The translations under genes were made by a program, and so were the position numbers. A stretch of 64,000 bases of DNA from an uncultured delta proteobacterium (GTDB lineage: Bacteria; Myxococcota_A; Polyangia; Fen-1088). Shown one piece after another: positions 39,201-48,916 of this stretch (its first letter is position 1; the number at the start of each line of letters is the position of its first letter). Below the pieces are notes generated by a model. The model had not been told where the DNA came from. It did no database searches and was given only the letters and a program-made list of their open reading frames with translations. The stretch lies in contig CAWCMR010000025.1 of assembly GCA_963796685.1 (NCBI GenBank), positions 1,536,001 to 1,600,000 of the forward strand, in the 5' to 3' direction.

Positions 39201-42200
39201 ATGCTCTGGTTCGCGCGGCGCAGGGGCTTGCCAAGCAGCTTGGGTCCAGCCGGGACAAGGCCGATGTCCGGTACGCCGTGGACTGTTTGCTCGAAGCCAG
39301 CCGGCTGCCCATCGCCGCCGACGTGGCCCAGACCTTGCGCGGTCGGGCCGGGGAATTGGCCGCCGAGATCGACAAGAAGCTGGCGCGCGAGCTGCTTCGC
39401 CAGGCCGTGGACCAAGATCCAAGGAACCGCGAGGCCATCAAGGCACTGGCCAAGCTCTACGAAGAAGCGGACATGCTGAGCGATCTGCTCACCTTGCGCC
39501 GGCGCGAGCTCGACGACGCCGCCGGGGCCGACGAGCGCCTGGCCTTGCGCCTGGACATCGCTCGCCTGGGCGAAATCGTCGAGAGCCGCACCGGCCGCTT
39601 CGAGATCCTGCTCGCCAACTTGGAGGACAGTCCCGGCCACCCGGCCACGCTGGCCGCCATCGGCCAGCTCTTGCGCTCGCGCGGCCGCTACGCCGAGCTG
39701 ACCGACATCCTGGTCGCGCAGGCGCACAAGCTGGAGGAGCAAAGCGACGCCGCGCCCGCGGCTCTGCTTTGGCAAGAGGCCGCGGCGCTGTTCGAAAAGC
39801 AGCTCGGCGATCCGGCGCGCGCCATCGGCGCCTACGAGAAGGTCGCGGGACTGGTCGCCGATCCGTCGGCCATGGAGGCGCTGGCGCGTCTTTACGAGGC
39901 CGCGGGCGAGCCCCTGGCCGCCGCGACCTGGCTCGAGCAGCGCATGTCCGCCAGCGCGCCCACGGAGAAGCGCGAGGCAGTGGCCAAGCTGGCGCAGACC
40001 TACGTCGAGGGTGGCCAGCGCCATCGTGCGGTGGCCGCTCTCGAACGCGCCCTGGGCGAGGATCCGGCGGCCTCGGCGCTGTGGACCATGCTCGCGCGCC
40101 TGCACCGTGAGGCCGGGCACCACGAGGCCCTCTTGCGCGCCCTCTTGGCCTTTTCCGCGCACACGCAAGATCCCGAGACGGTCGTCGCGTGCGCCCGCGA
40201 GGCGCTGGCGCTTTGCCAGGAGAGATTGCACGCTCCCGCGCTGGCCGTGCCGGCGCTGGAGCGGGCCGTGGGGCTGGCCCCCGAGGAGCGCGATCTGCGT
40301 CTGGCGCTGGCCGACGGCTTGCGCGCGTCCGGTCGTCTGGCCGAGGCGCGGGTGGTGCTGGAAGGATTGCTGCAGGAGTATGGGCGGCGGCAATCGCGCG
40401 AGCGCGCCGGCTTGCACCTGCAGATCGCGACGGTGGCGCGGGCCGAAAAGGACGTCGATCTGGCGGCCAAGCATCTCGAGCAGGCCGCGGCGGTCTTGCT
40501 CGACAGCGCGGACGTGCAATTGGCCCTGGCCGAGGTGGCCGAGGCACGCGGCGATCTCGAGCGGGCCGAGAAGGCCTATCGCGCCCTGCTGGTTCTCGCC
40601 CGCCGCGGGCACGGCGGCGATTCCACCATGACCGCGGGCGAGGTGCTGGTGCGCCTGCGCCGGCTCGCGCTCCGGCAGGGTCGGAAGGCCGAGGCCGGCG
40701 AGCACCTCGAATCCGCCATCGCGCGCGCCCTGCACGATCCGGCGGAAGCGCGGCGGATCCAGGCCGTGTTGCTCGCGGACGGCGACCACGACACCCTGCT
40801 CGCTCTCATCGACAAGCGCCGGGCGGCGGCGACCCACGTCAACGACGAGGCCCTGGTGGTCTGCGAACGGGCGGGCGTGCTCGAGGCGATCGGGCGCGGC
40901 GAAGAGGGGCTCTCGGTCGTGCTGGAGATCCTGGTCAAGGTGCCGGACAGCGCGGAGGCGCACACCCTGGCCCGCGGCATCGCCGTGCGGGTCGGCAAGG
41001 CCGAGGCCTACCTCGATGCGGTGGCGGCCGCGGCGGACAAGCTTCGGCGCGCCGACGATGCCGGCACACTGGCCGACCTTCTCTTGCGCGCGGCCGACGT
41101 GGCCGAGAAGGATTTGCACCTTCCCGATCGCGCACTGGCTTTTCTCCGTCGCGCCGAACAAGCGAATCGGCGCAAGGCCGAGGTGCAGAGCGCTCTCATC
41201 CGCGTGGCCGCCCAAGCCGGCGACGAGGCCGAGAGCAAGCGCGCGGTGGCCGGGCTGCGTCGCCTGCTGCAGGCCGCGGCCTCGGACGCCGAGAAGGGCG
41301 ATCTGCTCTATCGCCTGGCGGAAGCCGAGATCGGGCAGGCCGACACGCGCGAGGACGGCCTCGATGCCCTGGCCGAGGCGGTGGAGCTGTATCCCGATCT
41401 GCCGCGTGCCACGGCCATCGTGCAAGGCGGACAGGTCCCCGATTCCGCCCTGACGCGTGTGCTGCCGGTGTACGAAAAGGTCGCGCGGGCCTCCAAGGAC
41501 GAGCGCATGTTGCTCGATTTCCTCGAACGGCGCGCGTCCCTGCCCGGGGCGCAGCTCGGCGACCTTCGCGAAGGCGTCGAGCTGGCCATCTCGCTGAGCG
41601 AAGGCGAACGGGCCGAACGCATGCTCGCGCGCGCCATCGAGGTCGCGAGCGGCAACGGATCGCCCGGCGGTTTGCGCGAAGGCTTGTGGGCCGTCTCCGA
41701 TTTGTCGCGCCGGCTGCGCGCGAAGGGCGATATGGCGGGTGCCGCGCGCGTGCTCGAGCAGGCACGCGAGGAGTGGGGCAACCCACGGCTGACGCCGCTC
41801 GTGCGCGAGACCGCCAGGGCCGCCGCCGCCGCCCCGGAGCTCGCGGCAGAGGCCGCCCGATTGCTGGAGCAGCTGCGCGGGCTATACCCGACGGACCGCG
41901 AGGTGTGGGAGCCGTTGCTCGACCTGTATGCGAGGCTGGGCGAGCGCCAGGCCTTGCAGGCGCTGGTCGACGACCTGGTCGGCAAGCTCATGGGGCGCGG
42001 GGATTGCTGCGCGGTTCGCATGGCCTGGGCCAGATACCTGCAAAAGAGCGGCGACGCGGGCGAGGAGATGTCCGCGGCGCTGCGCGATGTCCTGCTCGAA
42101 GAGCCGGGGCATCCCGAGGCGCTCACCTTGCTCGCCGATATCTACGAAGCGCGGGGTGAAGTCAGCGAGGCCGTGACCCTCTTGTCCGAGGCGCTTTCGG

Positions 42201-44053
42201 GCGGGGATGGGTTGGCGAGCGGCGCGGCCCGCGCGACCTTGGCGCGGCGGCTCGGCGACCTGGTCAAGAAGGCCGATCCGGCCCAGGCCAAGGACGTCTA
42301 CCGCTCGGCCCTGGCGGTGTCGCTGCCCGACGCGACCGTCAAGCGATCGCTGCAACTCTCGCTGGCCGAGCTTCTGACCGATGAGAGCGAGCTGTCCGAG
42401 CGCGCTGCGCTTGGCGAGGACATCTTGCGGGGCGAGACGGGCGAGACCGCTGCGGCCCGGGCCATCGCGCTTTGCGATCTGCGCCTGCGCATCGGCGACG
42501 ACGCCGGGGCCGAGCGCGCCCTGGTCCTTGGCCGCGAGCGCGCCCTGGCCAGCGCGGAGGTGTTCGAGAGGCTGGCCGCCTTCTACACCGAGCGCGCGCG
42601 CTGGGCGGAGGTCGTGCAGCTCTTCAGCCAGGAGGCGAGCCGTCAGCCCGATGCCGGCAAGACCACGCGCATGTTGCGCAAGGTGGCCCACCTGCAGCGC
42701 GAGAAACTGGGGGATGCCAAGAGCGCGGCCCAGACCCTGCAACGCGCGGCGGAGGCCGATCCCTCCGATTTCGATCTGGTGCGCGAGCTGTGCGACTCCC
42801 TGGTCGAGGCGGGCGAGACCGCGCAGGCGATCTCGGCGGTCAGCGAGATCTTGGCCAGGAGCCCCGAGGCGGCCATGCGCGTGGGCCTCCTGCGCCTGCG
42901 CGCCGAGCTGGCCGTGCGCAACCAAGACGACACGGCCGCGACGAGAGATCTGGAAGAGGCGCTCGTCCTTGGCGCCAGCGACGCCGGGACCGAGCTGGCC
43001 GCGGTGCTGGCACGCGCCGCCGGCCGCACCACCAACGAAGAGGAAAGACCGGCCGCGCGCGCGGCAACCCTGCGTTTGGCCGAGATCCTGCGCGCGGGCG
43101 GCGACCACGAGCAGGCCGATCAGGTGCTGTTCCGCTGGATCGAGGCCTTCCCCGACGACCGCGACATGCTCTACCGGATGCGCGACATCTTCATCGCGGC
43201 CGAACGCTGGGAGTCCGCGGCCAACGTGTGGGCTCGCCTCGTGCACATCGAGGAGGGTGACGCCAAGGTTCAGGCCGTCTTGGCCCTGACCGACGCGTGC
43301 GAAAAGCTCGGGCGCGGCGAGGAGGCCTTGCCATGGCTTTCCGGCGTGCTCAGCCAGGTGCCGGGCCACCGCGCGCTGCAATTGCGCCTGGCCGGGCTCT
43401 ACGCCTCGACCGGCAACATCGCCGAATCGGCGCGCCTGCGCAACGAGATGGCCGACAGCGAGCCCGACGAAAGCGAGCGCTTCGCCCTGTACGTGCAGAT
43501 CGGCCAGGCGCTTCTCGCCGTAGGGGAAGGCGCGGACGCCGCGGTGGCGCTGGAGAAGGCCCTCGCGCTTCCGCGCGCCGATCGTCCGACCCGGTCGCTG
43601 CTGCTCGACGCGTACACCGCGGCCGGCAGGCTCGACCACGCCTCCACCGTCCTTACCGACTTGCTCGTCGACGCCAAATCCATGAAGTCCGAGGAGCTGG
43701 CCATGCTCTACCAGCGCCAGTCCAAGCTGGCGGCCCTGACGGGCGATCGCGACGGCCAACTGCAAGCGCTCAAGAAGGCGCTGGACGTGGATCGCCGAAG
43801 CGTCGCCATCGCCAACGAGCTGGCCGATCTGGCCGAGTCCATCGGCGACGACGAGCTGGCCCTGCGCGCCCTGCGCGTGGTCGCCGCCAATCCCGTCAAG
43901 GACGCCAAGGTCCTGGCGCTCGCATACCTGCGCCAGGCGCGCATCGCCCACCGGGCCAAGGATCGCTCGCGCGCCATCATCTTCGTCAAGCGCGCCCTGC
44001 AAGAAAACTCCGACCTCGAAGAGGCCCGCGCCCTGCTGGATCAGCTGCGGTAG
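36230..44053 (+). CDS. Giant TPR/alpha-solenoid protein (~2600 aa)
   Basis: Recurrent LGDPARAIGAYEKV- and EALARLYE-type repeats along the whole length. Confidence 0.85.
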   Translation: MKRDSSTTGSRSVDSDKGSLEKLKGALRKAEKQPAEMSAWDDLEALVVETQKPDEVAAAYRKALSPGLAPDLISALGQRALQFYEEWYAGETAVIVELLENVLLLDASADWALERLTILRSVNQQWDELLSSYDLVLEGLADGPRRRRLLQDAAGVARDSGNTARAASYLRTLLEAAPGTLEVSSELERLLEKLGDFATLASVLGLRLAAMSGNDAIDVRERLAGLYLDHLGEPGKALDEIEKILAQPSLTNDGVPCALADRILNDATLPAAVRRRALDILRARHAQLGRLDGVVAALRVALTFATPDETRALVNEAADMLERKGDLAAAREQLVELVAFQPDEASTRARLKFLAEVTGAPAAYVRGLLVAAEATRDAKLQVALWLEAAQLEDARPKGAGAEQASALYRKILASSAAETEQILLALRKLTALLAPDADERLDILERQAKLEPSPGMRRGLLGEAAELARARGELDRALGLWQERLAADANDRKALARTIEILEGASRWQELVVALTRRASADVPWMQRRADLLRVAEVERDQLGNPPGAIAALTKILETAAGDAGAVAAILDLFAASGRWQDLLNLGTRVGQDTQGGLVALFVRLGDACRVQLSDPQGAATWYGRALSIDPRAQGLRDALLALADDEAARVSAVDGVVRCCAASDDWQGLLAILPHRLNLAQSDGERVRIHREAAEIEEKRAQRPSQALGHHIAILELRPDDTQAEAEILRLAAATGEHARAAKSIEQATAALPPLAPRGAQLLLLASRLFEENAGDRTAALACAEKALQAAPSDRAVRLVVVRLASLQGAFQTAVDAALAEPFDAGVLVGDFLPLMEKAASGAGEAQASFKTLGRLLSTALAKKAGVSGTLGRAIEERIADYAVAPDKAAGWREKALLRARDYDPTHVPTLRKLAEAQRGRGGKPLYDTLVQIAALVPRELDSLVEALDVAEQDRKDPGLVRAALTSLFDCSAGLLRAGLAAEGKSVAADALVRAAQGLAKQLGSSRDKADVRYAVDCLLEASRLPIAADVAQTLRGRAGELAAEIDKKLARELLRQAVDQDPRNREAIKALAKLYEEADMLSDLLTLRRRELDDAAGADERLALRLDIARLGEIVESRTGRFEILLANLEDSPGHPATLAAIGQLLRSRGRYAELTDILVAQAHKLEEQSDAAPAALLWQEAAALFEKQLGDPARAIGAYEKVAGLVADPSAMEALARLYEAAGEPLAAATWLEQRMSASAPTEKREAVAKLAQTYVEGGQRHRAVAALERALGEDPAASALWTMLARLHREAGHHEALLRALLAFSAHTQDPETVVACAREALALCQERLHAPALAVPALERAVGLAPEERDLRLALADGLRASGRLAEARVVLEGLLQEYGRRQSRERAGLHLQIATVARAEKDVDLAAKHLEQAAAVLLDSADVQLALAEVAEARGDLERAEKAYRALLVLARRGHGGDSTMTAGEVLVRLRRLALRQGRKAEAGEHLESAIARALHDPAEARRIQAVLLADGDHDTLLALIDKRRAAATHVNDEALVVCERAGVLEAIGRGEEGLSVVLEILVKVPDSAEAHTLARGIAVRVGKAEAYLDAVAAAADKLRRADDAGTLADLLLRAADVAEKDLHLPDRALAFLRRAEQANRRKAEVQSALIRVAAQAGDEAESKRAVAGLRRLLQAAASDAEKGDLLYRLAEAEIGQADTREDGLDALAEAVELYPDLPRATAIVQGGQVPDSALTRVLPVYEKVARASKDERMLLDFLERRASLPGAQLGDLREGVELAISLSEGERAERMLARAIEVASGNGSPGGLREGLWAVSDLSRRLRAKGDMAGAARVLEQAREEWGNPRLTPLVRETARAAAAAPELAAEAARLLEQLRGLYPTDREVWEPLLDLYARLGERQALQALVDDLVGKLMGRGDCCAVRMAWARYLQKSGDAGEEMSAALRDVLLEEPGHPEALTLLADIYEARGEVSEAVTLLSEALSGGDGLASGAARATLARRLGDLVKKADPAQAKDVYRSALAVSLPDATVKRSLQLSLAELLTDESELSERAALGEDILRGETGETAAARAIALCDLRLRIGDDAGAERALVLGRERALASAEVFERLAAFYTERARWAEVVQLFSQEASRQPDAGKTTRMLRKVAHLQREKLGDAKSAAQTLQRAAEADPSDFDLVRELCDSLVEAGETAQAISAVSEILARSPEAAMRVGLLRLRAELAVRNQDDTAATRDLEEALVLGASDAGTELAAVLARAAGRTTNEEERPAARAATLRLAEILRAGGDHEQADQVLFRWIEAFPDDRDMLYRMRDIFIAAERWESAANVWARLVHIEEGDAKVQAVLALTDACEKLGRGEEALPWLSGVLSQVPGHRALQLRLAGLYASTGNIAESARLRNEMADSEPDESERFALYVQIGQALLAVGEGADAAVALEKALALPRADRPTRSLLLDAYTAAGRLDHASTVLTDLLVDAKSMKSEELAMLYQRQSKLAALTGDRDGQLQALKKALDVDRRSVAIANELADLAESIGDDELALRALRVVAANPVKDAKVLALAYLRQARIAHRAKDRSRAIIFVKRALQENSDLEEARALLDQLR

Positions 44054-44419
44054 CTAATCTGATCCTGCGTGCTCGCGAACGCGACCGGGCTCCACAATCC
44101 ACAGTTTGCGTCGGGGATTTGTCTGCACGAGTGCGCCGACCAGGGTTTGCACCAATACATTCAAGCCTGGGGCGCTGAATATCGCTTGCGAGCGCAGAAT
44201 CACTATCCCCTCGAAGGACGACGGCGGAAATCGGATCGGGTCCGCGAAATCCAGATCGAGAGTGACCAGGCATCGTCCTTCGGCCGCGCAGGCATCGATG
44301 AGCATTCGGTCGGTCGCCGACTGCATGGACTGCTGTGCGACTGTTGCGACGTCGTGCCCAGCCTCACGCAAAGGGCGAAGGCCTCGTTCACCCAGGTTTT
44401 CGTCGAGATTGAACCTCAC
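44054..44419 (-). CDS. DUF5615 PIN-like toxin
   Basis: RFNLDENL, LVTLDLDF. Confidence 0.85.
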   Translation of the reverse strand: MRFNLDENLGERGLRPLREAGHDVATVAQQSMQSATDRMLIDACAAEGRCLVTLDLDFADPIRFPPSSFEGIVILRSQAIFSAPGLNVLVQTLVGALVQTNPRRKLWIVEPGRVREHAGSD

Positions 44420-44664
44420 GCCGTCTTCTTCACGGGAATATCCACGAATCGTTCGCGCGACATTTCCGCGCCGTAGGCAAGGCAGGCAAGGATGTCCGCC
44501 TCTGCAAGTCCAGGATAGTCGGCGAGGATCTGTGCCGTGGTCGATCCGCTGGCGAGCAGGTCCAAGATCAGCGCGACCCAAATGCGATGGCCCCGAATGC
44601 ACGGCTTGCCAAAGCAGATGTTTGGATCCACCGAAATGCGCGACAACAGCTCTTCGCGGCTCAT
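44416..44664 (-). CDS. DUF433 antitoxin
   Basis: ISVDPNICFGKPCIRGHRI...DILACLAY. Confidence 0.9.
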   Translation of the reverse strand: MSREELLSRISVDPNICFGKPCIRGHRIWVALILDLLASGSTTAQILADYPGLAEADILACLAYGAEMSRERFVDIPVKKTA

Positions 44665-44773
44665 GGTATCCGAGAGGATAGCACCACCTCGGACCGCGAG
44701 CATCCAGACCTGGGTCTAACGTCAGAGCCCCGTCCCCTGTCTTGCCATCGAACCATCCACAAAGGAGACATCG

Positions 44774-45184
44774 ATGACCACAAGAACCCTAGGACTACTT
44801 GCCGGGATGACTTTCGCCGCACTGACCGTGCTTGCACCCCATCGCGCATCCGCCGCGAACGATAACGGCGGTCCGCCGGCACCGCCCCAGGAAGCCATCG
44901 ACGCTTGCGCCAACCAGCAGGAGGGAGCCTCGTGCACGGTTTCCTTTCACGGACAGTCGGTGCAGGGGAAGTGCGTGAAGGGGCCGCAGGGACAGGAGCC
45001 GCTGGCGTGTATGCCGCCACCGCCCCGGCCACCTCAGGAAGCCATCGACGCTTGCGCCAACCAGCAAGAGGGCGCCTCGTGCACGGTTTCCTTTCACGGG
45101 CAGTCGGTGCAGGGGAAGTGCGTGAAAGGGCCGGAGGGACAGGAGCCGCTGGCCTGCATGCCGCCGCACCCGCCTCGTCCCTGA
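44774..45184 (+). CDS. Secreted protein with a duplicated 49-aa Cys-rich domain
   Basis: Signal peptide; 147-bp near-exact duplication (44888 and 45035). Confidence 0.8.
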   Translation: MTTRTLGLLAGMTFAALTVLAPHRASAANDNGGPPAPPQEAIDACANQQEGASCTVSFHGQSVQGKCVKGPQGQEPLACMPPPPRPPQEAIDACANQQEGASCTVSFHGQSVQGKCVKGPEGQEPLACMPPHPPRP

Positions 45185-45270
45185 CCTGAAACCAAGGAGA
45201 GCTCGTTCTGCTCGAATTTCGCTAACAGTCGTGCCCCGTTGGTTGTCTACTGTTACAGAGTCCATCCACC

Positions 45271-45846
45271 GTGCTGACCCATGATGCGTGCGCTGATTTG
45301 GTCCACCGCGCTCGGCGAGGCGAGGCAGACGCCTTCGCGGGCCTGGTGCGTGCCTTTCTGCGGCCGGCCTACAGCGTCGCGCTGTCGGTGGTGGGCCGGC
45401 CGGCGGATGCGGAGGACACGGCCCAGGAGGCGTTCTTGAAGGCCTTCCAATCGCTCGAGACATGTCGCGAACCGGGGCGTTTCGCCGCTTGGCTGTTTCA
45501 GATCGTTCGCAACCGCGCGCGCAATCTTCTCGACAGCCGGCGCTTGCGCGATGTCGCTCCGGACGGTGCCCGAATTCTAGAATTCGCCGCCCAGCCGCCC
45601 GAATCGGCCGGCATGCGCGAGGCCCTCGTTTCCGCCCTGGCCGATCTCGACGCGGGAAAGCGCGAGGTAGTTCTGCTGCACGATCTTGAGAGCTGGACCC
45701 ACGCGGAAATCGCCGAGGCTCTTGGTATTTCGGAGGTCAACTCGCGCCAGCACCTATTCCAGGCCCGCCAGATCTTGCGCGCGAAGCTGGGCGGCGGGGC
45801 GCCCCAAGAGACAAAGGCCGGAAGTGAGGGACACCATGCAGGATGA
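45271..45846 (+). CDS. ECF sigma factor
   Basis: DAEDTAQEAFLKAF, FAAWLFQIVRN, HAEIAEALGIS. Confidence 0.9.
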   Translation: MLTHDACADLVHRARRGEADAFAGLVRAFLRPAYSVALSVVGRPADAEDTAQEAFLKAFQSLETCREPGRFAAWLFQIVRNRARNLLDSRRLRDVAPDGARILEFAAQPPESAGMREALVSALADLDAGKREVVLLHDLESWTHAEIAEALGISEVNSRQHLFQARQILRAKLGGGAPQETKAGSEGHHAG

Positions 45847-46189
45847 CCGGCACAATGAACGAGAAGATGAACGCATCGACTTCTCCGCGCTCGACCCGAG
45901 CCGAGACGAGCTGCGCTGGACGAGAACCGTAGACGGGCTGGTGGACAAGGCCCTGGCCGAACGGCGCAAGCGGCTTTCCATCGAACGGCAGTTGCTGCGC
46001 TGGGCTCGCCCGGCCCTGGCCGTTGCGGCGAGCCTCGGCCTCGTTGCCTGGACGGCCGATTTTCTTGCCGCGCACCGACCGGGCACGACCGCGCAACACC
46101 CCGCCGCATTGACCGTGGCCAACTGGGCCGCCAACAACCAAATCCCCCAGCCGAGCGAGCTTTGGGGAGCCCTGGAGGGCGATCGATGA
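45836..46189 (+). CDS. Putative anti-sigma membrane protein
   Basis: Coupled to the ECF gene; single TM helix LAVAASLGLVAW. Confidence 0.7.
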   Translation: MQDDRHNEREDERIDFSALDPSRDELRWTRTVDGLVDKALAERRKRLSIERQLLRWARPALAVAASLGLVAWTADFLAAHRPGTTAQHPAALTVANWAANNQIPQPSELWGALEGDR

Positions 46190-46665
46190 CGAACGAACGA
46201 TCCCCACGCCAAATCCGCCTGCTCACGGCGCTGCTTCTCTTCGGCACATTCCTGTTCGGGGCGGTCGCCGGCGCCGGCTTCTCGCGCTGGAATCTCATGC
46301 CGCCGCCCCCGCCAAGGCCGGCGCCCTTTCTCCCCGGACCGCCCGGCGCTCTCAGGCTGACTCCCGAACAAGAGGCGAAAGCGCGCGCCATCACCGAGCA
46401 CCACCGTCCCGAGCTCGAAGCCCTCTTGCGCGCGAATTTTCCCAAGGTGCAGGCCATCAACGAGCAGATGGAGAAGGAGCTGCGCGAGCTCCTGACCCCC
46501 GAGCAGATCGCGATCCTCGACGACATGAAGGCCCACCGTCCGCCCATGCCGCCCGGCCTGCCACCCCCGGGCGATCCGGGCTTCATGCCTCCACCAGGGG
46601 GCGGGCCTCCGCCGTGGCCGCCGGGTCTTGCGCCACCACCGCCGGGTGGACCGCCGGGGCGCTGA
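46186..46665 (+). CDS. Spy/CpxP-like periplasmic protein
   Basis: LRLTPEQ and LLTPEQ motifs; Pro-rich tails. Confidence 0.75.
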   Translation: MTNERSPRQIRLLTALLLFGTFLFGAVAGAGFSRWNLMPPPPPRPAPFLPGPPGALRLTPEQEAKARAITEHHRPELEALLRANFPKVQAINEQMEKELRELLTPEQIAILDDMKAHRPPMPPGLPPPGDPGFMPPPGGGPPPWPPGLAPPPPGGPPGR

Positions 46666-46763
46666 CACACCGACGCGTCAGACGGTGCCAGGGCCCACGA
46701 AACCTTTTTCGGGTTGGCCGGTATGACCCTGCGTAGGATTCACCACGCTCTCCGGCTCGACTC

Positions 46764-47016
46764 ATGGACGACGGCTTTCTCATTCGCCAAACGCTCGGCG
46801 GCAACCGCAACGCCTTTCGGCTGCTGGTGGTGAGGTATCAGCGTCCGCTGTTTCGTTTCCTGGGCGGTTTCGGTCTCGGACAAGCGGTGGCGGAAGAGCT
46901 GGCGCAGGAAAGCTTCCTGCGCGCCTTCCGCAGTCTGGCCGGCTACGACGCCGCCAAGGCGAAATTCTCGTCGTGGTTGTTCACCATCGCCAAGCACCTG
47001 GCCATCAACGAGAAAC
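46764..47016 (+). pseudogene. Truncated ECF sigma factor (region 2 only)
   Basis: AEELAQESFLRAF, FSSWLFTIAKHLAINE, then similarity ends. Confidence 0.8.
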
Positions 47017-47181
47017 GGGCAGGTGTTCGTGCTCGGCGACAACCGCGATGCCTCGCACGATTCGCGCCAGTTCGGCACCGTGCCCATCGCCGACGTTACG
47101 GCGGTGGCGCGCCAGGTGTGGTTCTCGGGCGACGCCCACGATGGCCTTCGGCTGCGACGGGTGGGCAGGTTGCTCGACTGA
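47017..47181 (+). pseudogene. Signal peptidase I C-terminal fragment
   Basis: GQVFVLGDNRDASHDSRQFGTVP (box E) in a frame with no start codon. Confidence 0.8.
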
Positions 47182-47319
47182 GAGCCGCGATCGTCACCGG
47201 TTGGGCGAGCACCGGTCTCCAAAGCGGCGGAAATTTGTCCAAGACGATACAACGTGTGACGGTGGCGTAGCGGTCTCGAAGGGGCTTTCGGGACATGCTA
47301 GTCAGGAAAGGGAACAGGC

Positions 47320-48609
47320 ATGGCAGTCAACACGAAAAAGGTTCTCAGCGTCATCTTGGGCGGCGGCGCGGGCACGCGATTGTTCCCGCTCACCAAGGAT
47401 CGGGCCAAGCCTGCGGTGCCGCTGGCGGGCAAGTACCGCCTGGTGGACATCCCCATTTCCAACTGCATCAACTCGGATCTGCGCAACATCTATGTGCTCA
47501 CGCAGTTCCAATCGGCCTCCATGCACCGACATATCTCGGGGTCGTACAAATTCGATCCGTTCACCGGCGGTTTCGTCGAGATCCTGGCCGCGCAACAAAC
47601 CTATTCCGACGCCTCGTGGTGGCAGGGCACGGCGGACGCGGTCCGCAAGAACATGATGCACTTTCTGACCCACGGGCCCGAGTACTTCCTGATCCTGAGC
47701 GGCGACCAACTGTACCGCATGGATTTCCGGGACATCCTGCAGCAGCACCAGGACACCGGCGCCGAGATCACCATCGCCACCATTCCGGTCATCCGGCGCG
47801 ACGCGAGCTCGCTCGGCATCATGCACATGAACGCGGACCGCCGCATCCATCGCTTCGTCGAAAAGCCCAAGGAGGAGGCGGTGCTGGACACCCTGCGATT
47901 GCCGCGCGAGTGGTATGCCCGGCTGGGCCTCGCCAGCGACGACGATCTGTTCCTGGCTTCCATGGGCATCTACGTCTTCAACCGCGACGTGCTCTTGCAG
48001 GTGCTCGAGAACGACCTGCCGGACTTCGGCAAGGACATCATTCCAAACGCCATCGCTTCGCGCTCCGTGTTTTCCTACGTGTTTCAGGGCTACTGGGAAG
48101 ACATCGGAACCATTCGCGCGTTCTTCGAGGCCCATCTGGACCTGGCCGCCGAGCTGCCTCGCTTCAGCTTCTTCGACATGTCGGCGCCCATCTTCACCCG
48201 CCCGCGCTGGTTGCCCGGGTCCAAGATCAACGGTGGCACCTTCGACCACGCCATGTTGTGCGATGGCTGCATCATCAACGGCGCGCACATCGAGCATTCG
48301 ATCATCGGCATTCGCAGCGTCATCGGCATCGGCGCCAAGATCTCGCGTACCGTGATCATGGGCTGCGACTACTACGAATCGATGGAGTCCATCCAATCCC
48401 AGGAAGCCCAGGGCCTGCCCCGCATCGGCATCGGCAAGAACGCGCGCATCGAGAACGCCATCATCGACAAGAACGCGCGCATCGGCGACGACGTCGTGAT
48501 TTCACCCGTGGGCAAACCCGAGAGCGTCGACCATCCCCTCTACTACATCCGTGACGGCATCGTGATCATTCCCAAGAACGGCGTCATTCCGTCGGGAACC
48601 GTCATCTGA
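47320..48609 (+). CDS. glgC: Glucose-1-phosphate adenylyltransferase
   Basis: GGGAGTRLFPLT...RAKPAVP, QGTADAVR, FVEKP, DFGKDIIP, YWEDIGT. Confidence 0.97.
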   Translation: MAVNTKKVLSVILGGGAGTRLFPLTKDRAKPAVPLAGKYRLVDIPISNCINSDLRNIYVLTQFQSASMHRHISGSYKFDPFTGGFVEILAAQQTYSDASWWQGTADAVRKNMMHFLTHGPEYFLILSGDQLYRMDFRDILQQHQDTGAEITIATIPVIRRDASSLGIMHMNADRRIHRFVEKPKEEAVLDTLRLPREWYARLGLASDDDLFLASMGIYVFNRDVLLQVLENDLPDFGKDIIPNAIASRSVFSYVFQGYWEDIGTIRAFFEAHLDLAAELPRFSFFDMSAPIFTRPRWLPGSKINGGTFDHAMLCDGCIINGAHIEHSIIGIRSVIGIGAKISRTVIMGCDYYESMESIQSQEAQGLPRIGIGKNARIENAIIDKNARIGDDVVISPVGKPESVDHPLYYIRDGIVIIPKNGVIPSGTVI

Positions 48610-48863
48610 ATGGGAACCCTGGGAGGGTTCCCAAACCCTCCCGCGCTCTGGCGGAGGCGGGCAAAGCCCGTCTCCGCCAACGCGATCATGGGGAACCCGG
48701 ACCTGAAACACCACGCCCCGCGTAGCGGAGCGAAGCGGGCGAGGGCGCGGCGAAGCCGCGGGGGGCAGGGTGTGTAGGACCCGAAGTGCCCGCAGGGCTG
48801 AGAGGTCGCCGAGCGCAGCGAGGCGGGTGAGGGGCTGTCACGTTTCATGCCTGAAGGATCCGG
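48610..48863. repeat. Single-copy sibling of the element at 3987-4230
   Basis: Shares ATGGGAACCCT...GGGTTCCCAAACCCTCCCGCGCTCTGGCGGAG and GAGAGGTCGCCGAGCGCAGCGAGGCGGGTGAGGGG...GAAGGATCCGG. Confidence 0.8.
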
Positions 48864-48916
48864 GCCATCGGCCCGGCGGCGGTACTGGGAGGGTTAGCTC
48901 AAGGGCCGGTCATGGG

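Noticed and set aside
36023-41425. 1800-aa antisense ORF (and similar ones at 41882-44002 and 54976-56790)
   Set aside because: Shadow ORFs produced by high-GC3 codon usage on the coding strand
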